This document shows positions 9,593 to 20,400 of a DNA stretch of 60,268 nt, piece by piece. The translations under genes and the position numbers were made by a program. The stretch is from Candidatus Enterousia sp. (GTDB taxonomy: Bacteria; Pseudomonadota; Alphaproteobacteria; Rs-D84): positions 1 to 60,268 of the forward strand of contig JAZNXD010000021.1 in assembly GCA_045593685.1 (NCBI GenBank), read 5' to 3'. The notes beneath the pieces were generated by a model that saw only the letters and a program-made list of their open reading frames with translations, made no database searches and was not told the origin of the DNA. How positions within the stretch are numbered: position 1 is the first letter of the stretch; each line of letters begins with the position of its first letter.

Positions 9593-11575
9593 ATGGAACA
9601 CAAAATATTGAACATTATCGGGATTGTTGCGGTTGTATCCGCAATCGTATGGGCAAACATTTCACAAAAGGAGAAGGTAGTGAACGCAGGTATAAAACTG
9701 GAAAATATGGACATGACGGTTAATCCGGGAAACGATTTTTATGAATACGCCACACGCGGTTGGCAACGCGCAAACCCAATCCCCGACGATTACAGTCGAT
9801 ATGGCGCCTTTGACGTGTTACGTAACACAAACCTGGAAAGAACACGCGAAATCGCAGAACAAGACAATGGCAAAATCGGAACACTGTACGCCATTGCAAT
9901 GGATGAAAAAAAATTAAATGCAGATGGCGTAACCCCCGTCGCACCACAGTTGGCCGAAATCGATACACTGACACGCGCAGACTTGGAATCATATTTGGGA
10001 AAAATGTTTACATATTCATCAGCGTTTTTTAGTGACGGTGTGGCATTGGACGAAATGGACAGCGAACATTTTCTTTATAATATTGGCCAGGGCGGATTGG
10101 GACTGTCACGCGACTATTATTTCGACACAGATGCAAAATCGATTGAGGTACGCAAAAAATATAAAGAGTTTATTGAAAAACAGATGAAAAATTTTGGAAT
10201 CGCGGTCGATGTAGATAAACTGTACGCACTGGAAGAACGTATGGCAAAATCTTTCTATCCCAAGGAAAAATTGCGCGATCCGCACGCCAACTATCACAAA
10301 ATGAGCATTGCCGAAATCAAAGAAAAATTCCCCGGTTTTGATTGGGATGTATTTTTGTCCGAACGTGGGGCAACGGCCGCAAAAAATATAAACATCGGCC
10401 AACCCGAAGCAATCGCAGAATCAATCGCAATTATGAACGATACCGATTTTGAATTAATCAAAACATATTTGAAATATCGTATTGTTGGCGCCGCCGATTC
10501 CGTATTGGATGATAAAACATATGACATTTCTTTTGATTTCTATAACCGAACAATGGCGGGACAAAAAGAACAAAAACCACGCTGGAAACGCGCGGTCGCA
10601 ATGATTGACGGTTCACTGGGCGAAGAAGTTGGGCGACTGTATGTGGAAAAATATTTTTCCGATGACGCCAAGGAACGCATGCAAACATTGGTAAAAAATC
10701 TGCAACGCGCATACGCAATGCGTATAGAAAAGTTGGACTGGATGTCAGACAAGACCAAGGAAAAAGCGTTGGAAAAATTGTCAACCTTTCGTGCAAAAAT
10801 TGGATTCCCGGATAAATGGCGCGACTATTCTAAACTGGAAATAAAAAACGATTCATTGTGGGAAAATATGATGCGTGTTGCACAATTCGAAGACGCATTT
10901 TGGATTGAAAAAATTGGTCAGGAAAAGGATCCGACAATTTGGTATATGAACGCGCATGAAGTTAACGCGTATTACGATCCGTCGACAAATGAAATTTGTT
11001 TTCCGGCCGGAATATTGCAATACCCCTTCTTTGACATGGATGCGGATGACGCATTTAACTATGGTGCGATTGGCGCAGTTATCGGACACGAAATGACACA
11101 CGGATTTGATGATTCGGGGCGTCACTTTGATAAGGATGGAAACATGCGCGATTGGTGGACCGCCGCGGACGCCACCGGATTTGAAGAACGCGCAAATGTC
11201 ATGAAGGAATTTTTTAACAATATAAAAATCAACGACGAAGTCAATGCAAATGGCGAATTTACATTGGGCGAAAACCTGGCCGATTATGGTGGCGTTACAA
11301 TCGCATTTGATGCATACAAAAACTTTGGCACACCATCCGTTGGCGATGGCGCGTTGGGCGCAGACAAAAGATTCTTTATCGCGTATGCGGGTGCATGGGC
11401 ACAAAATATACGTCCCGAAGAAGAACTGCGCCTGACCAAGGTTGATGAACATTCACTGGGGAAAAATCGCGTTAATGGAATACTGCCCCACATTGGCGCA
11501 TGGTATGATGCGTTTGATATAAAACCAGAACACACAATGTACATCGTACCAGACAAACGTGTAAAATTATGGTAA
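9593..11575 (+). CDS. M13 family zinc metallopeptidase (PepO / endothelin-converting-enzyme-like)
   Basis: HEMTHGFD (HExxH), ENLADYGG (ENxADxGG), N-terminal TM anchor, 660 aa. Confidence 0.9.
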   Translation: MEHKILNIIGIVAVVSAIVWANISQKEKVVNAGIKLENMDMTVNPGNDFYEYATRGWQRANPIPDDYSRYGAFDVLRNTNLERTREIAEQDNGKIGTLYAIAMDEKKLNADGVTPVAPQLAEIDTLTRADLESYLGKMFTYSSAFFSDGVALDEMDSEHFLYNIGQGGLGLSRDYYFDTDAKSIEVRKKYKEFIEKQMKNFGIAVDVDKLYALEERMAKSFYPKEKLRDPHANYHKMSIAEIKEKFPGFDWDVFLSERGATAAKNINIGQPEAIAESIAIMNDTDFELIKTYLKYRIVGAADSVLDDKTYDISFDFYNRTMAGQKEQKPRWKRAVAMIDGSLGEEVGRLYVEKYFSDDAKERMQTLVKNLQRAYAMRIEKLDWMSDKTKEKALEKLSTFRAKIGFPDKWRDYSKLEIKNDSLWENMMRVAQFEDAFWIEKIGQEKDPTIWYMNAHEVNAYYDPSTNEICFPAGILQYPFFDMDADDAFNYGAIGAVIGHEMTHGFDDSGRHFDKDGNMRDWWTAADATGFEERANVMKEFFNNIKINDEVNANGEFTLGENLADYGGVTIAFDAYKNFGTPSVGDGALGADKRFFIAYAGAWAQNIRPEEELRLTKVDEHSLGKNRVNGILPHIGAWYDAFDIKPEHTMYIVPDKRVKLW

Positions 11576-11579
11576 AAAA

Positions 11580-11605
11580 GCCCCGCCAAACGGCGGGATT
11601 TTTTT
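11580..11605 (+). terminator. Intrinsic terminator after the M13 peptidase gene
   Basis: CCCGCC-AAAC-GGCGGG stem followed by a T-run. Confidence 0.7.
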
Positions 11606-11681
11606 ACACAAAAAAAACCGCCGACGATTACTCGCCGACGGTTGCTCCCTTCCTTCCGATAAACGGAAACTGAGTGGTGTA

Positions 11682-12017
11682 TTACGCAGCCATTGCAACA
11701 CCGGACTTAACAGAATTATCTGATGCATCCATAATCTTTTTCGCTTCGGCAAAGACCATTTCTTTGACACGCAGTGCCAGGTCACGCGTTTCCATGGTTT
11801 CGGCCGGCACATCAAAATTGTCTGTGCGAATCTGTAACGAAACATACGCACCAACCAATGATGGACGTGATAAATCTTCGATGGAACGCGGCGCATTGTT
11901 TTGACCAATTTTTAATTCATCGGCCAGGGATATAATCTGACGATCTTCGTTTACCCAAACAGTTGTTGTTAAAACCTGGTTCAATGCAATCATAATTTCC
12001 TTGATATTTTTTGGCAT
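11682..12017 (-). CDS. Hypothetical 111-aa protein with a strong SD
   Basis: ATG 12017 preceded by TAAGGAGGGG. Coding-like composition. No motif I recognise. Confidence 0.55.
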   Translation of the reverse strand: MPKNIKEIMIALNQVLTTTVWVNEDRQIISLADELKIGQNNAPRSIEDLSRPSLVGAYVSLQIRTDNFDVPAETMETRDLALRVKEMVFAEAKKIMDASDNSVKSGVAMAA

Positions 12018-12279
12018 GCGCGTTCCCCTCCTTATGGGCGTATGTTGCAGAAAACTGTTTAAATTTATGTAAACACAAACGTATTTACAAAATCAGACAC
12101 AATCTTCTTGGTTTATTTTTTGTTTTTCCCAAAAAACCGGCATTTTCGCGGAATTCCGGGACTTTTATTTCTTTTCCCCTTGTCTATACAAACATCTTAG
12201 AACAAAAACGAATCGCAGGTCAAGCATAAAATGCATTTATTTTAAAATTATTTTAATTTTTTTATTTTTATTCACACAA

Positions 12280-12327
12280 ACCATAATTTACCATAAAAAA
12301 ACCATAAAATGTCATTGACAACCATAA
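12280..12327 (+). repeat. Four helically phased ACCATAA direct repeats in the mraZ promoter region (candidate MraZ operator)
   Basis: ACCATAA begins at 12280, 12290, 12301 and 12321 (spacing 10, 11 and 20 bp). The fourth repeat lies in the promoter spacer. Confidence 0.4.
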
Positions 12328-12343
12328 ATTCCCGTGCTAAGTT
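12315..12343 (+). promoter_or_regulatory. Putative mraZ promoter (TTGACA-17 nt-TAAGTT)
   Basis: Perfect -35 TTGACA at 12315-12320 and TAAGTT at 12338-12343, about 60 nt upstream of mraZ. Confidence 0.35.
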
Positions 12344-12402
12344 TCGTATGAAGCAACAGGAAAGAGAGGTCGGGAGCAATCCCAATTAAAGAAAATCATA
12401 AA

Positions 12403-12852
12403 ATGTCATTGTTTCTCTCATCTTATGAAAATCGTTTGGATACCAAGGGACGCGTTTCTGTACCCGCCTCTTTCCGGGCTTCGGTTAATAATGAAAAATT
12501 TCCGGGCGTTGTATTATTTCGTTCCTTTACACATAATTGTATCGAAGGCATGACAATGTCACGCATGGAACAAATGGCCACTGCAACCGATAAAATGGGC
12601 ATTTTTGACAGCGAATTGGATGATTTGACGGCAATGCTGTTTGCAGATGCACGCGAATTGGCATTTGATGTTACGGGCCGCATTGTTATCCCAGCCGACA
12701 TGTTGGCACACGCCGGAATTACAGACCGCGCCGTATTTGTTGGACGCGGCAACAGTTTTCAAATATGGAATCCAGATGCATTTCGCACTGCCCAGGAAAA
12801 ATCATTGAACAATTTGCGCAAGGCGCGCCCGAATCTGAAAATCGGAGAATAA
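12403..12852 (+). CDS. mraZ: Transcriptional regulator MraZ
   Basis: N-terminal F..YENRLDTKGRVSVPASFR and a second SpoVT/AbrB-like half (GRIVIPADM). 149 aa. Confidence 0.85.
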   Translation: MSLFLSSYENRLDTKGRVSVPASFRASVNNEKFPGVVLFRSFTHNCIEGMTMSRMEQMATATDKMGIFDSELDDLTAMLFADARELAFDVTGRIVIPADMLAHAGITDRAVFVGRGNSFQIWNPDAFRTAQEKSLNNLRKARPNLKIGE

Positions 12853-12873
12853 ACCAAGTTTCCTTCCAAGTAG

Positions 12874-12904
12874 TAAAAAAATGCCCCGCATGGGGCGTTT
12901 TGTT
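12874..12904. terminator. Bidirectional terminator between mraZ and adk
   Basis: GCCCC-GCAT-GGGGC stem flanked by an A-run and a T-run. Confidence 0.65.
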
Positions 12905-13464
12905 TAGGGGCGCAATGCCGCGATAATTTCTGCAAAGTTTTCCGCCGCGGGGCCATGCGCATTAATATCTGAAAAACGAATATTTTTTACCGTACGCAAC
13001 CACTCAATCGCGGGAACCGTAATTTGACGATAATTGTCCAGGCGCCGACGAATAACCGCCGGGTCCGCATCATCGGCACGCCCACCACCTTCGCGGATAC
13101 GTTTGTTTATTCGTTCGACCAACACACTTTCGGGAACGTTTAAATAAATAACATGTATATCAAATTTATCTGCATAATTTTTGACCAGCCATTTTGCCTG
13201 ACTTAATTTACGCGGAAAACCGTCCAGGATAATATCACGATCCGGTGTCATTTTTTTGCGCATCAAATCAAACAACATATCATCGGGAACCAGGTTGCCC
13301 GCAGAAATAGTTTTTGCAATTTCACAATCCGCCGGCATGGCACGAAGAAGCGCCCCAACCTCGATATGATTAAAGTCATGGCGCGCCGCCAGCATACGCG
13401 AAAAGGTGCCCTTGCCTACGCCCTGGCCACCCATCATTACAATAATTTGTTTTTTATTTGTCAT
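12904..13464 (-). CDS. adk: Adenylate kinase (short-lid type)
   Basis: P-loop GGQGVGKGT, then LVPDDM, ILDGFPR and R...RADD. Confidence 0.85.
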   Translation of the reverse strand: MTNKKQIIVMMGGQGVGKGTFSRMLAARHDFNHIEVGALLRAMPADCEIAKTISAGNLVPDDMLFDLMRKKMTPDRDIILDGFPRKLSQAKWLVKNYADKFDIHVIYLNVPESVLVERINKRIREGGGRADDADPAVIRRRLDNYRQITVPAIEWLRTVKNIRFSDINAHGPAAENFAEIIAALRP

Positions 13465-13480
13465 GTAATGATTCTATCAT

Positions 13481-13514
13481 AAAAAACACGGCCGGGCAAG
13501 ATTGCACGGCCGTG
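13481..13514 (-). terminator. Intrinsic terminator after rpsA
   Basis: CACGGCCG...CGGCCGTG 8-bp stem, followed on the minus strand by TTTTTT. Confidence 0.65.
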
Positions 13515-13536
13515 AAACAATTCATACGAATACAAA

Positions 13537-15252
13537 TTATTTTTTGCTGTTTTCAATAGCAGCGCCCAAGATGTCGCCCAAAACAGAACCGCTGTCTGCT
13601 TCGTTTGCGAATTCTTTAACCGCCTGCTTTTCCAATGTCACCTGTAATGCACGGATAGACAATTTAACAGTGTTGTCTTCAACGGAAACAACAGATGCTT
13701 CGACGCTGTCGCCAATGCTGTATTTTGACGTATCCTGTTCTGATTTTTCACGTGACAGGTCTGTGCGACGGATAACACCGCGTACATCGCCCGCCAATGT
13801 CAAAACCAATTCATCAGGTGTAACTTCGGAAACTGTACCACATACAACCGCGCCTTTTTTGATGGCAGCCGCATTGTTTTCGGCACTTTCTGTCAACTGT
13901 TTGATACCCAGTGTAACACGTTCTTTTTCCGGATTGATGTCCAAGATTTTTGCGGTTACTTCCTGGCCACGAACGAACTTTTTCAGTTCTTCTTCGTCCA
14001 GTTTGTTCCATGACAGGTCAGAGATATGAACCATACCATCCAATTCCGGTGTCAGGGCCACAAACAAACCAAATTCAGTTGTGTTTTTGATTGGGCCTGT
14101 GATTACATCGCCAACATTGTGTGTTTCGGCAAACTGTTTCCATGGATTTGGTTGCAGTTGCTTGTACCCCAATGAAATGCGACGTTTATCCTGGTCAATA
14201 CCCAGAACAGTAACAGTTACATCCTGGCCGTTTTGCAAAACTTTGCTGGGGTGGATGTTCTTGTTCGTCCAGGACAGTTCAGACATATGAACCAGACCTT
14301 CGATATTGTTGCCCAAATCGATAAATGCACCATAATCTGTCAAAGAAGACACTTTACCGGTTACTGTATCACCAACGTTGAACGCACGTGATGCGGTTTC
14401 CCATGGATCTTCTTCCAGTTGTTTCATACCCAACGAAATACGATGAGATTCTGGGTCGAATTGGATAACCTTGACCTTGATCGTTTCACCAACGTGAACC
14501 AATTCGCGTGGATGATTTACGCGTTTCCATGACAAATCTGTCACATGCAACAAACCATCGATACCACCCAAATCAACGAATACACCGTAATCTGTGATGT
14601 TCTTGACCGTACCTTCTAAAATGGCGCCCAGCGAGATATTCTTCATCGCTTCTTTCTGTGCAGCAGCGATTGTATCAGACTGAATCGCGCGACGAGATAC
14701 GATTGCGTTTGTACGCAACGCATCCATTTTCAATACGCGGAATTTGTCTTTTAAGCCAATCAAAGATTTTGCATCGCGGATTGGTTTATGATCAACCTGG
14801 GAAGATGGCATAAATGCAAATACGCCATTGATATCCACGGTGAAACCACCACGAACAACGTCGATAATTGTACCTTCTGGATCGATACCTTCGGCAACCG
14901 TCTTTTCCAAATCTTTCCATGCCTTTTCAGCACGTGCCTTGGTATAAGACAAGATAGCGGTACCTTCGCGGGATTCATAACGTTCAACAAAAACGTCAAT
15001 AATATCACCAACAGATGGCACGGACGCGCCGAATTCTTTTAAAGGAACGCGACCTTCGGATTTCAGACCAACATCAACCATTGCGAAATCACCACGGATA
15101 TCTTTGACCGTACCCTTGGTGGCATAGCCCTGTAATGTTTCCTGGGAACCATAGTTTGCGTCAAACATCTGGACAAAATCTTCGCCAGATAATGGGTTAA
15201 ATAAATCTTTGGATAAATCTTTCATAAGAAAATATTCATCAAAGTTTGCCAT
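13537..15252 (-). CDS. rpsA: 30S ribosomal protein S1
   Basis: Six S1/OB repeats (e.g. GTVKNITDYGVFVDLGGIDGLLHVTD). ATG 15252 (MANFDEYF) is preferred over the TTG-extended track start 15321. Confidence 0.9.
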   Translation of the reverse strand: MANFDEYFLMKDLSKDLFNPLSGEDFVQMFDANYGSQETLQGYATKGTVKDIRGDFAMVDVGLKSEGRVPLKEFGASVPSVGDIIDVFVERYESREGTAILSYTKARAEKAWKDLEKTVAEGIDPEGTIIDVVRGGFTVDINGVFAFMPSSQVDHKPIRDAKSLIGLKDKFRVLKMDALRTNAIVSRRAIQSDTIAAAQKEAMKNISLGAILEGTVKNITDYGVFVDLGGIDGLLHVTDLSWKRVNHPRELVHVGETIKVKVIQFDPESHRISLGMKQLEEDPWETASRAFNVGDTVTGKVSSLTDYGAFIDLGNNIEGLVHMSELSWTNKNIHPSKVLQNGQDVTVTVLGIDQDKRRISLGYKQLQPNPWKQFAETHNVGDVITGPIKNTTEFGLFVALTPELDGMVHISDLSWNKLDEEELKKFVRGQEVTAKILDINPEKERVTLGIKQLTESAENNAAAIKKGAVVCGTVSEVTPDELVLTLAGDVRGVIRRTDLSREKSEQDTSKYSIGDSVEASVVSVEDNTVKLSIRALQVTLEKQAVKEFANEADSGSVLGDILGAAIENSKK

Positions 15253-15366
15253 CGCCAATACTTTGTTAAAATAGACGAGGTCTTGTGGGGTTAATCGGAC
15301 CGACAATGCGCCCACCCGCAAAGTCGAACGTATTATATATAACTTTTTGAATTTTGCAAGGTTTTA

Positions 15367-16008
15367 TTGACTTTTAAAAACACCTACTGTATGATGCCGG
15401 TCATGAAACATTATTATTATCAAAAGTATCCTTATCTTAATTACCCCTTCTTGGACGAAGATGGCGATGCATGGATGATGTTTTCTATCCCCGCGCATCG
15501 TTTAGCACGCATGTATGAGTCAAGGATTGGGCGTGCCCCAAAATCTTTTTTTGACTGTGGGGCCGCAACCGGCGAAATTTTAAGACAGGCCGAAGATATG
15601 GGAATCCAGGCAAGCGGAATAGATATTAAACAATATCAAATTCCCGTTCGAAATGCGCACCTTTTTAAATCGGGATGGATTCAAATTAAGTCTATTTTAG
15701 ATTGCGCACCGGTTAAAGCCGACCTGGCATATTGCAATGGAACGCTGACCTATATGAATACCCACACATTACCATTGGCGTTGGAAAAGTTTAAAAACGT
15801 TGGGATGCTGATTGCGATCCATAACACAACAGAAGATGTGATTGCGGCACGAAAACAGGGTGACGAATTGTTGTACTGTACCGAGCCACGACTGATTAAA
15901 CCGCGCGATTGGTGGATGGAAACGTTTGATAAAAATGGATTTATGGTCGATTTCGACAACGAACATCAATGCTTTTGCGCAATTCCAAAACAACAAAAAA
16001 CACGTTAA
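15367..16008 (+). CDS. Class I SAM-dependent methyltransferase, substrate unknown
   Basis: Motif I-like FFDCGAATGEIL followed by an acidic GIDI strand. Start uncertain: TTG 15367 or the ATGs at 15391/15394. Confidence 0.55.
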   Translation: MTFKNTYCMMPVMKHYYYQKYPYLNYPFLDEDGDAWMMFSIPAHRLARMYESRIGRAPKSFFDCGAATGEILRQAEDMGIQASGIDIKQYQIPVRNAHLFKSGWIQIKSILDCAPVKADLAYCNGTLTYMNTHTLPLALEKFKNVGMLIAIHNTTEDVIAARKQGDELLYCTEPRLIKPRDWWMETFDKNGFMVDFDNEHQCFCAIPKQQKTR

Positions 16009-16009
16009 A

Positions 16010-16036
16010 AAAAAACCGCCCGTTTGGGCGGTGTGT
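16010..16036. terminator. Bidirectional terminator between the methyltransferase gene and plsX
   Basis: CCGCCC-GTTT-GGGCGG stem flanked by an A-run and a T-rich run. Confidence 0.65.
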
Positions 16037-17140
16037 TTATTTTTCGGGTTCGGCATTAATTGTCGCACGAACATCCGCCAATGCGCGCGCCCGTTCGGCA
16101 ATCAGACCGTTCAGGTTTGCCTTGGTCAATTCGGCGGTATAACCAATCGAATTCGCAAACGCCAAAGCGTCACTGTTCCCATGGGTTTTGACCGCAAATC
16201 CACGCAACCCCAGAAAGGTTGCCCCCGCATATGAACGCGGATCAATTTTATGTTTCAATCTTTTAAACACATGAATCAAGAAGAAGGCGCCAATTATTGC
16301 CAAAACGGACTTCTTGAAATTTTCAACCACAACGCGCTTGACCAAACGTGCGGTACCTTCGACCGTTTTTAATACAATATTTCCGGTAAAGCCATCGGTC
16401 ACAACAACCTGGACACGGCCGGCGCTGATGTCATTGCCTTCGACAAAGCCGATATAATCATACGGCAATTTATCTTTATTTTCGGTCAGAATTTTATTCA
16501 AGTGAACCAAGGTTTCGTTCCCCTTGGTTTCTTCGGATCCAATGTTCAAAACACCCAACTTTGGTTTTGGCATTTTTCCGACCACTTCGGCATAAACACT
16601 GCCCAAAATGGCAAAATCAAACAAAATCGATTCATCGCATTGAACATTTGCCCCCAGGTCCAGCACAACAACACGGCTGTCGCCGGCGCCAGATGGCAAC
16701 ATTGTCGTAATCGCAGGACGCGAAATACCATCAATCGTCTTTAACGCCAATTTGGACAAAGACATTAAAATACCGGTATTTCCCGCACTGATTACGGCGG
16801 CAGAGTTGCCTTCGCGAACATCCTTGATCGCCATGTACATGGACGTATCCTGGGCATGACGCAAAACGTCCATAACCTTGTCCGTAGGTTTGATAACGTT
16901 TGGCGCATGAATTACTTCGCAGTTACGGGAAACACGTGGATATTTCGCCAACAGACGCCGCAATTTCTTTTCATCACCAAACACACGAAAGAACACATGA
17001 CCTTCGCCGTTTTGATATAAATACTGGTTCATACCACCAAGAACGGCATTTGGTCCCTTGTCCCCGCCCATGGCATCAATGGAAATAATTTTTTTATCTT
17101 CTGACATAGTATATAAAAAGGCAGAAAAGGCACAAAACAT
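16037..17140 (-). CDS. plsX: Phosphate acyltransferase PlsX
   Basis: IDAMGGDKGP, GFVEGNDI and VVTDGFTGNI motifs. Follows rpmF as in the classic rpmF-plsX operon. Alternative start is ATG 17107 (MSEDKK). Confidence 0.9.
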   Translation of the reverse strand: MFCAFSAFLYTMSEDKKIISIDAMGGDKGPNAVLGGMNQYLYQNGEGHVFFRVFGDEKKLRRLLAKYPRVSRNCEVIHAPNVIKPTDKVMDVLRHAQDTSMYMAIKDVREGNSAAVISAGNTGILMSLSKLALKTIDGISRPAITTMLPSGAGDSRVVVLDLGANVQCDESILFDFAILGSVYAEVVGKMPKPKLGVLNIGSEETKGNETLVHLNKILTENKDKLPYDYIGFVEGNDISAGRVQVVVTDGFTGNIVLKTVEGTARLVKRVVVENFKKSVLAIIGAFFLIHVFKRLKHKIDPRSYAGATFLGLRGFAVKTHGNSDALAFANSIGYTAELTKANLNGLIAERARALADVRATINAEPEK

Positions 17141-17177
17141 GCGCCCTGCCTTCTGCCCAAATCTTGGTTAGATTAAA

Positions 17178-17327
17178 TTATTTTGCACCGCATGCAGGAC
17201 AAACGTGATGTGGACGTTTCTTTTCGCCACATGTTTTGCATACGCCACATGGCATTACAGACAATGCATCATGCGAACGACGCTGTGCGGAACGTGCTTT
17301 ACTTGTTTTACTTTTTGGCGTTGCCAT
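17178..17327 (-). CDS. rpmF: 50S ribosomal protein L32
   Basis: Hand-translated 49 aa: MATPKSKTSKARSAQRRSHDALSVMPCGVCKTCGEKKRPHHVCPACGAK (L32 N-terminus plus a CxxC..CxxC ribbon). Below the track size cutoff. Confidence 0.9.
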   Translation of the reverse strand: MATPKSKTSKARSAQRRSHDALSVMPCGVCKTCGEKKRPHHVCPACGAK

Positions 17328-17395
17328 TTTGTATCCTTTTTATTTTATAACTGTCCTATTCTATTCATTTTCTGGACATTTGCAAGAAAAACTTT

Positions 17396-17428
17396 ATCCC
17401 CCATCCAGGGGCATGCCCCGGATGGGTA
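17396..17428 (-). terminator. Intrinsic terminator after rpoC
   Basis: CCCATCC(A)GGGGCATGCCCC GGATGGG nested palindrome, T-rich downstream on the minus strand. Confidence 0.6.
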
Positions 17429-17435
17429 TTTTTCA

Positions 17436-20400
17436 CTAGATATCCAACAACTGCTGTTGACCGTTGCCTTCGCGCGCCAACTTTTCGGCACGTTGTTCTT
17501 CGCGGGCAATTTCGCGAACGCGACGAACATAGGCACCCGTTCCAATCGGAATCAAACGACCAACGATTAAGTTTTCGTTGATACCGACCAATTTGTCGGT
17601 TGAACCAGAAATCGCAGCATCCACCAATACTTTGGTCGTCTGTTGGAACGATGCGTTTGAAATAAACGAACGTGACGTTAACGATGCGCGGGTCAAACCA
17701 ACCAAGACCTGGGAGGCTTCGGCCAAGCGACCATTGTCGCGCGCAACACGTGCGTTTTCTTCTTCGAAATCAACACGGTCGACAACCTGGCCCATCAAGA
17801 AGCCCGTGTCACCAGGATTTGTGATTTCGACACGACGTGTCATTTCACGTATCAAAATTTCAATGTGTTTGTCATTGATGGTCACGCCCTGCAGACGATA
17901 AACCTGCTGAATTTGGTCAACCATAAAGGTAGCCAGGGCTTTCTGGCCCAAGATACGCAAGATATCCTGGGGTACCGGGTCACCATCAACCAGTTTTTCC
18001 GCCTTTTTCACAACGTCACCACTGCGCACCAACAGGTTTGTACCCTTGGGCACCGCATATTCAACAGGCGCCGTACCATCGTCCGGTTCAATACGGATGA
18101 TGATTTTGGATTTTGCATCTTCCAGTTCAATCGTACCATCGATTTCCGCCAACAATGCGGGGTTGGTTGGACGACGAACCTCTAGCAATTCATTAACGCG
18201 TGGCAGACCGCCGGTAATGTCGCCCGTACGCTTTGCCTGGACAGGGATACGTGCCAAAATGTCACCCGCAACAACCGTGTCACCATTGGCAACGTTCAAA
18301 ACGGAATAAATTGGCAACATATATTCTGCAATCTTTTTTCCACCCAGGTTGATTACATTGCCTTTTTCGTCAACCAATGTGATTGCCGGCTGTAATGCCT
18401 TTTTGGTGTTTGTTTTCCAGTTAATAACCTTGCGCGAGACGATACCAGTCATGGAATCAACTTCTTCCTGGTATGATACGTTTTCAATCAGGTCATTAAA
18501 GTTAACAATACCGTCCTTTTCCGCGATTATTGTGTTGGAATACGGATCCCATTCTGCAACCTTGGCGCCCTTTTCAACCGCGTCACCGTCGTTCACAATC
18601 AACATGGATGCGTATGGCAAGGCACAACTGAACATTTCTTTGCCTTCGTTATCAACAACGGCAATTTTACCGTTACGTGACAACACGACAACACGACCCG
18701 CGCTGTTTTTAATTGTGTTAACATCCATCAATTTAATGTTACCCGCAACAGGGACTTCGATAAAGTGACTTTCCGCCCCACCGGCCGCAATACCACCAAT
18801 GTGGAAGGTACGCAATGTTAACTGGGTACCAGGTTCACCAATGGACTGACCCGCGATAACACCAACCGCTTCGCCAACGTGTACCAATGCATTACGCGAC
18901 AGGTCCATACCATAACATTTTGCACACAGACCATCCGAACAACATGTCAGAACACTGCGCACATCAACAGATGGCAGGCCCGATTCATTAATCGCCTTGG
19001 CCGCGGCCTTGGTAATCAATTCACCGGCCGGAACAATTACTTCTTTGCTGATTGGGTGGACGATATCGTGGGCGGCCGTGCGTCCCAATACCACATCCCC
19101 CAGCGCAACAGACAGGGTTGAACCCGTATAAACCGGTTTGGCCGTAATAAATTCTGTTGTGCCACAATCGTGTTCGGTAATAACCGTATTTTGTGCCAAT
19201 TCAACCAAACGACGTGTCAAGTAACCCGCGTCAGCAGTCTTTAACGCCGTGTCCGACATACCCTTGCGCGCACCGTGGGTGGACGTAAAGTATTCAGACA
19301 TGGTCAGACCTTCTTTAAAGTTCGAAATAATTGGAACTTCAATAATCGAACCGTCTGGTTTCTGCATCATACCACGCATACCCGCCAACTGCTGAATCTG
19401 ACGTTTGGAACCGCGCGCTTCGGACAAAGCCATCATGTGGATAGAATTCCAGTTATCACCGGTCGACTTGCCCAGGGCGGCATATGCCATATCCCCCAGT
19501 TTGTCGGTTGTCTTCTGCCACAGGTCAATCAGTTTATTGTGACGTTCACCACCGGATAACAAACCGTTTTGATATTGTTCTTCAATTTCTTCGGCGGCCT
19601 TTTCTGACTGGGCAATCATGTCTTTCTTTTCGGCCGGAATAACAATATCGTCATAACCAATGGAAATACCACTAAACGCGGCCTGTTCAAAGCCAGTATC
19701 TTTTAATGCGTCCGCTAACAGAATCATTGCCTTGTCACCGCAATTTTCATATGTTGTTGCCAATAATGACTTAATCGCGCTGCGTGGCATAACTTTGTTG
19801 ACCAAATCAAACGGCATTTTATCTGATTTTGGCAACAATTCACCCAAAATCATACGTCCGGCCGTTGTTTTATAAATTTTGCCATTGATACGCGCAACGA
19901 TTGGTGTGTGCAATGTGATTGTTTTGTTTTCCAACGCCAATTTTACTTCGTCCATATTCGCAAAACGTGGTGACTTTTCATCATGTTCGCCGTTAATCAA
20001 TGAAATGTAATATACGCCCAATACCATGTCCTGGGATGGAACAATCATTGGCGCACCGTTCGCAGGTGACAGAACATTGTTCGACGACAACATTAATGTG
20101 CGTGCTTCTAACTGTGCCTCTAATGAAATTGGAACGTGAACGGACATCTGGTCACCGTCAAAGTCAGCATTAAACCCAGAACACACCAATGGATGCAGGC
20201 GGATTGCCTTGCCTTCAATCAATACCGGTTCAAATGCCAGCAATGACAGACGGTGCAATGTCGGCGCACGGTTTAACAGAACGGGATGTTCGTGGATTAC
20301 ATCTTCCAAAATTTCCCATACGACATCTTCACCATTTTCAACCATTTTACGCGCAGTTTTCAATGTGTTTGCGTAATCACCCGCCAACAGACGTGCATAA

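Noticed and set aside
13502-14029. 175-aa plus-strand ORF
   Set aside because: It is antisense to rpsA and spans the rpsA terminator.
15253-15321. N-terminal extensions in the track ORFs of rpsA, rpoB (25766-25831), lspA (38531-38614), recR (41786-41824), gyrA (48239-48298), ppdK (51750-51833), the Pta/Ptb gene (52737-52778) and olsB (5738-5797)
   Set aside because: The extensions are hydrophobic or nonsense leaders that start at weak or non-ATG codons. Internal ATGs give canonical N-termini, most with an SD (rpsA and recR have none).
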